Positions 63,474 through 64,000 of a stretch of 64,000 bases of DNA are shown one piece after another. Position 1 is the stretch's first letter. Every line of letters begins with the position of its first letter. The DNA is from Camelus dromedarius. Its lineage: Eukaryota. The DNA lies in assembly GCF_036321535.1 (NCBI RefSeq), contig NC_087437.1, positions 116,810,001 to 116,874,000 on the forward strand, written 5' to 3'. The translations under genes and the position numbers were made by a program. The notes beneath the pieces were generated by a model, which was not told where the DNA came from, did no database searches, and worked only from the letters and a program-made list of their open reading frames with translations.

Positions 63474-64000
63474 CTAGGAAGGAGTATTTTCTAAAATAAA
63501 GTCCCAGAATCACTGGAAGTCCTTTTAGAAGCAAGGGTGAAAGGTCAGCATGGCTTACACGGCTGGGATGGTCACACGCATTGGTGACCCTGTTCACATC
63601 ACTGCAGTGTGGGGTATAATGGTGTGATTCAGGGTGTGTGTCGTGTGTGCGTGCAGGTGTGCCCATGTGTGTGCGAGTGTGTGATGGCCTCGGGGAAGCC
63701 TCCTGTCTAGGGGCACAAATTCACCCACATTGACTAGGACAACCCTGGATGAAAACCAGTTCAGGGACATCCAAGTCAAGTACCACAGCTCTGAGGTTGG
63801 CTGTGGGAATTTGCCAGACAGCAGCATCCGTTACCAAGGAAACCACAGTGTCACCACCACGTGAAAGCACTTGACTCACACCTGCACTGGCTCACCTCTT
63901 CCCCGGCAGCCTCACCCAAGATGCACGTTTGTGCATGTCAACTAGCCCATTTCTCAGCTGAGGAAACTGAGGCAGCTCAGAGCCGGGCCCTGCTGGAGGT

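Overview
Mammalian genomic DNA, about 50% GC by eye, almost certainly from a camelid (alpaca/vicuna/camel). The assignment rests on four tRNA(Ala)-derived Vic-1-type SINEs and the camelid-type L1 3' UTRs. I found no convincing host protein-coding exon. The only ORFs with recognisable protein similarity are LINE-1 ORF1/ORF2 remnants, so the window looks intronic or intergenic. It is dense in interspersed repeats: young and old L1, SINE, MIR, L2, MaLR/ERV LTRs, Tigger and hAT DNA transposons. It also has small CpG-rich promoter/enhancer-like patches (~3.5, 10, 23, 30 kb) and a few candidate non-coding exons on the minus strand. The most unusual observations are three 5'-inverted (twin-primed) L1 insertions with target-site duplications, two exact 22-bp duplications associated with fold-back inverted repeats (templated-insertion signatures), a recursive-splice-site-like motif and a palindromic RFX X-box. 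I see no evidence for a new multi-gene system. Repeat family names come from my recall of consensus sequences, and most repeat boundaries are approximate.
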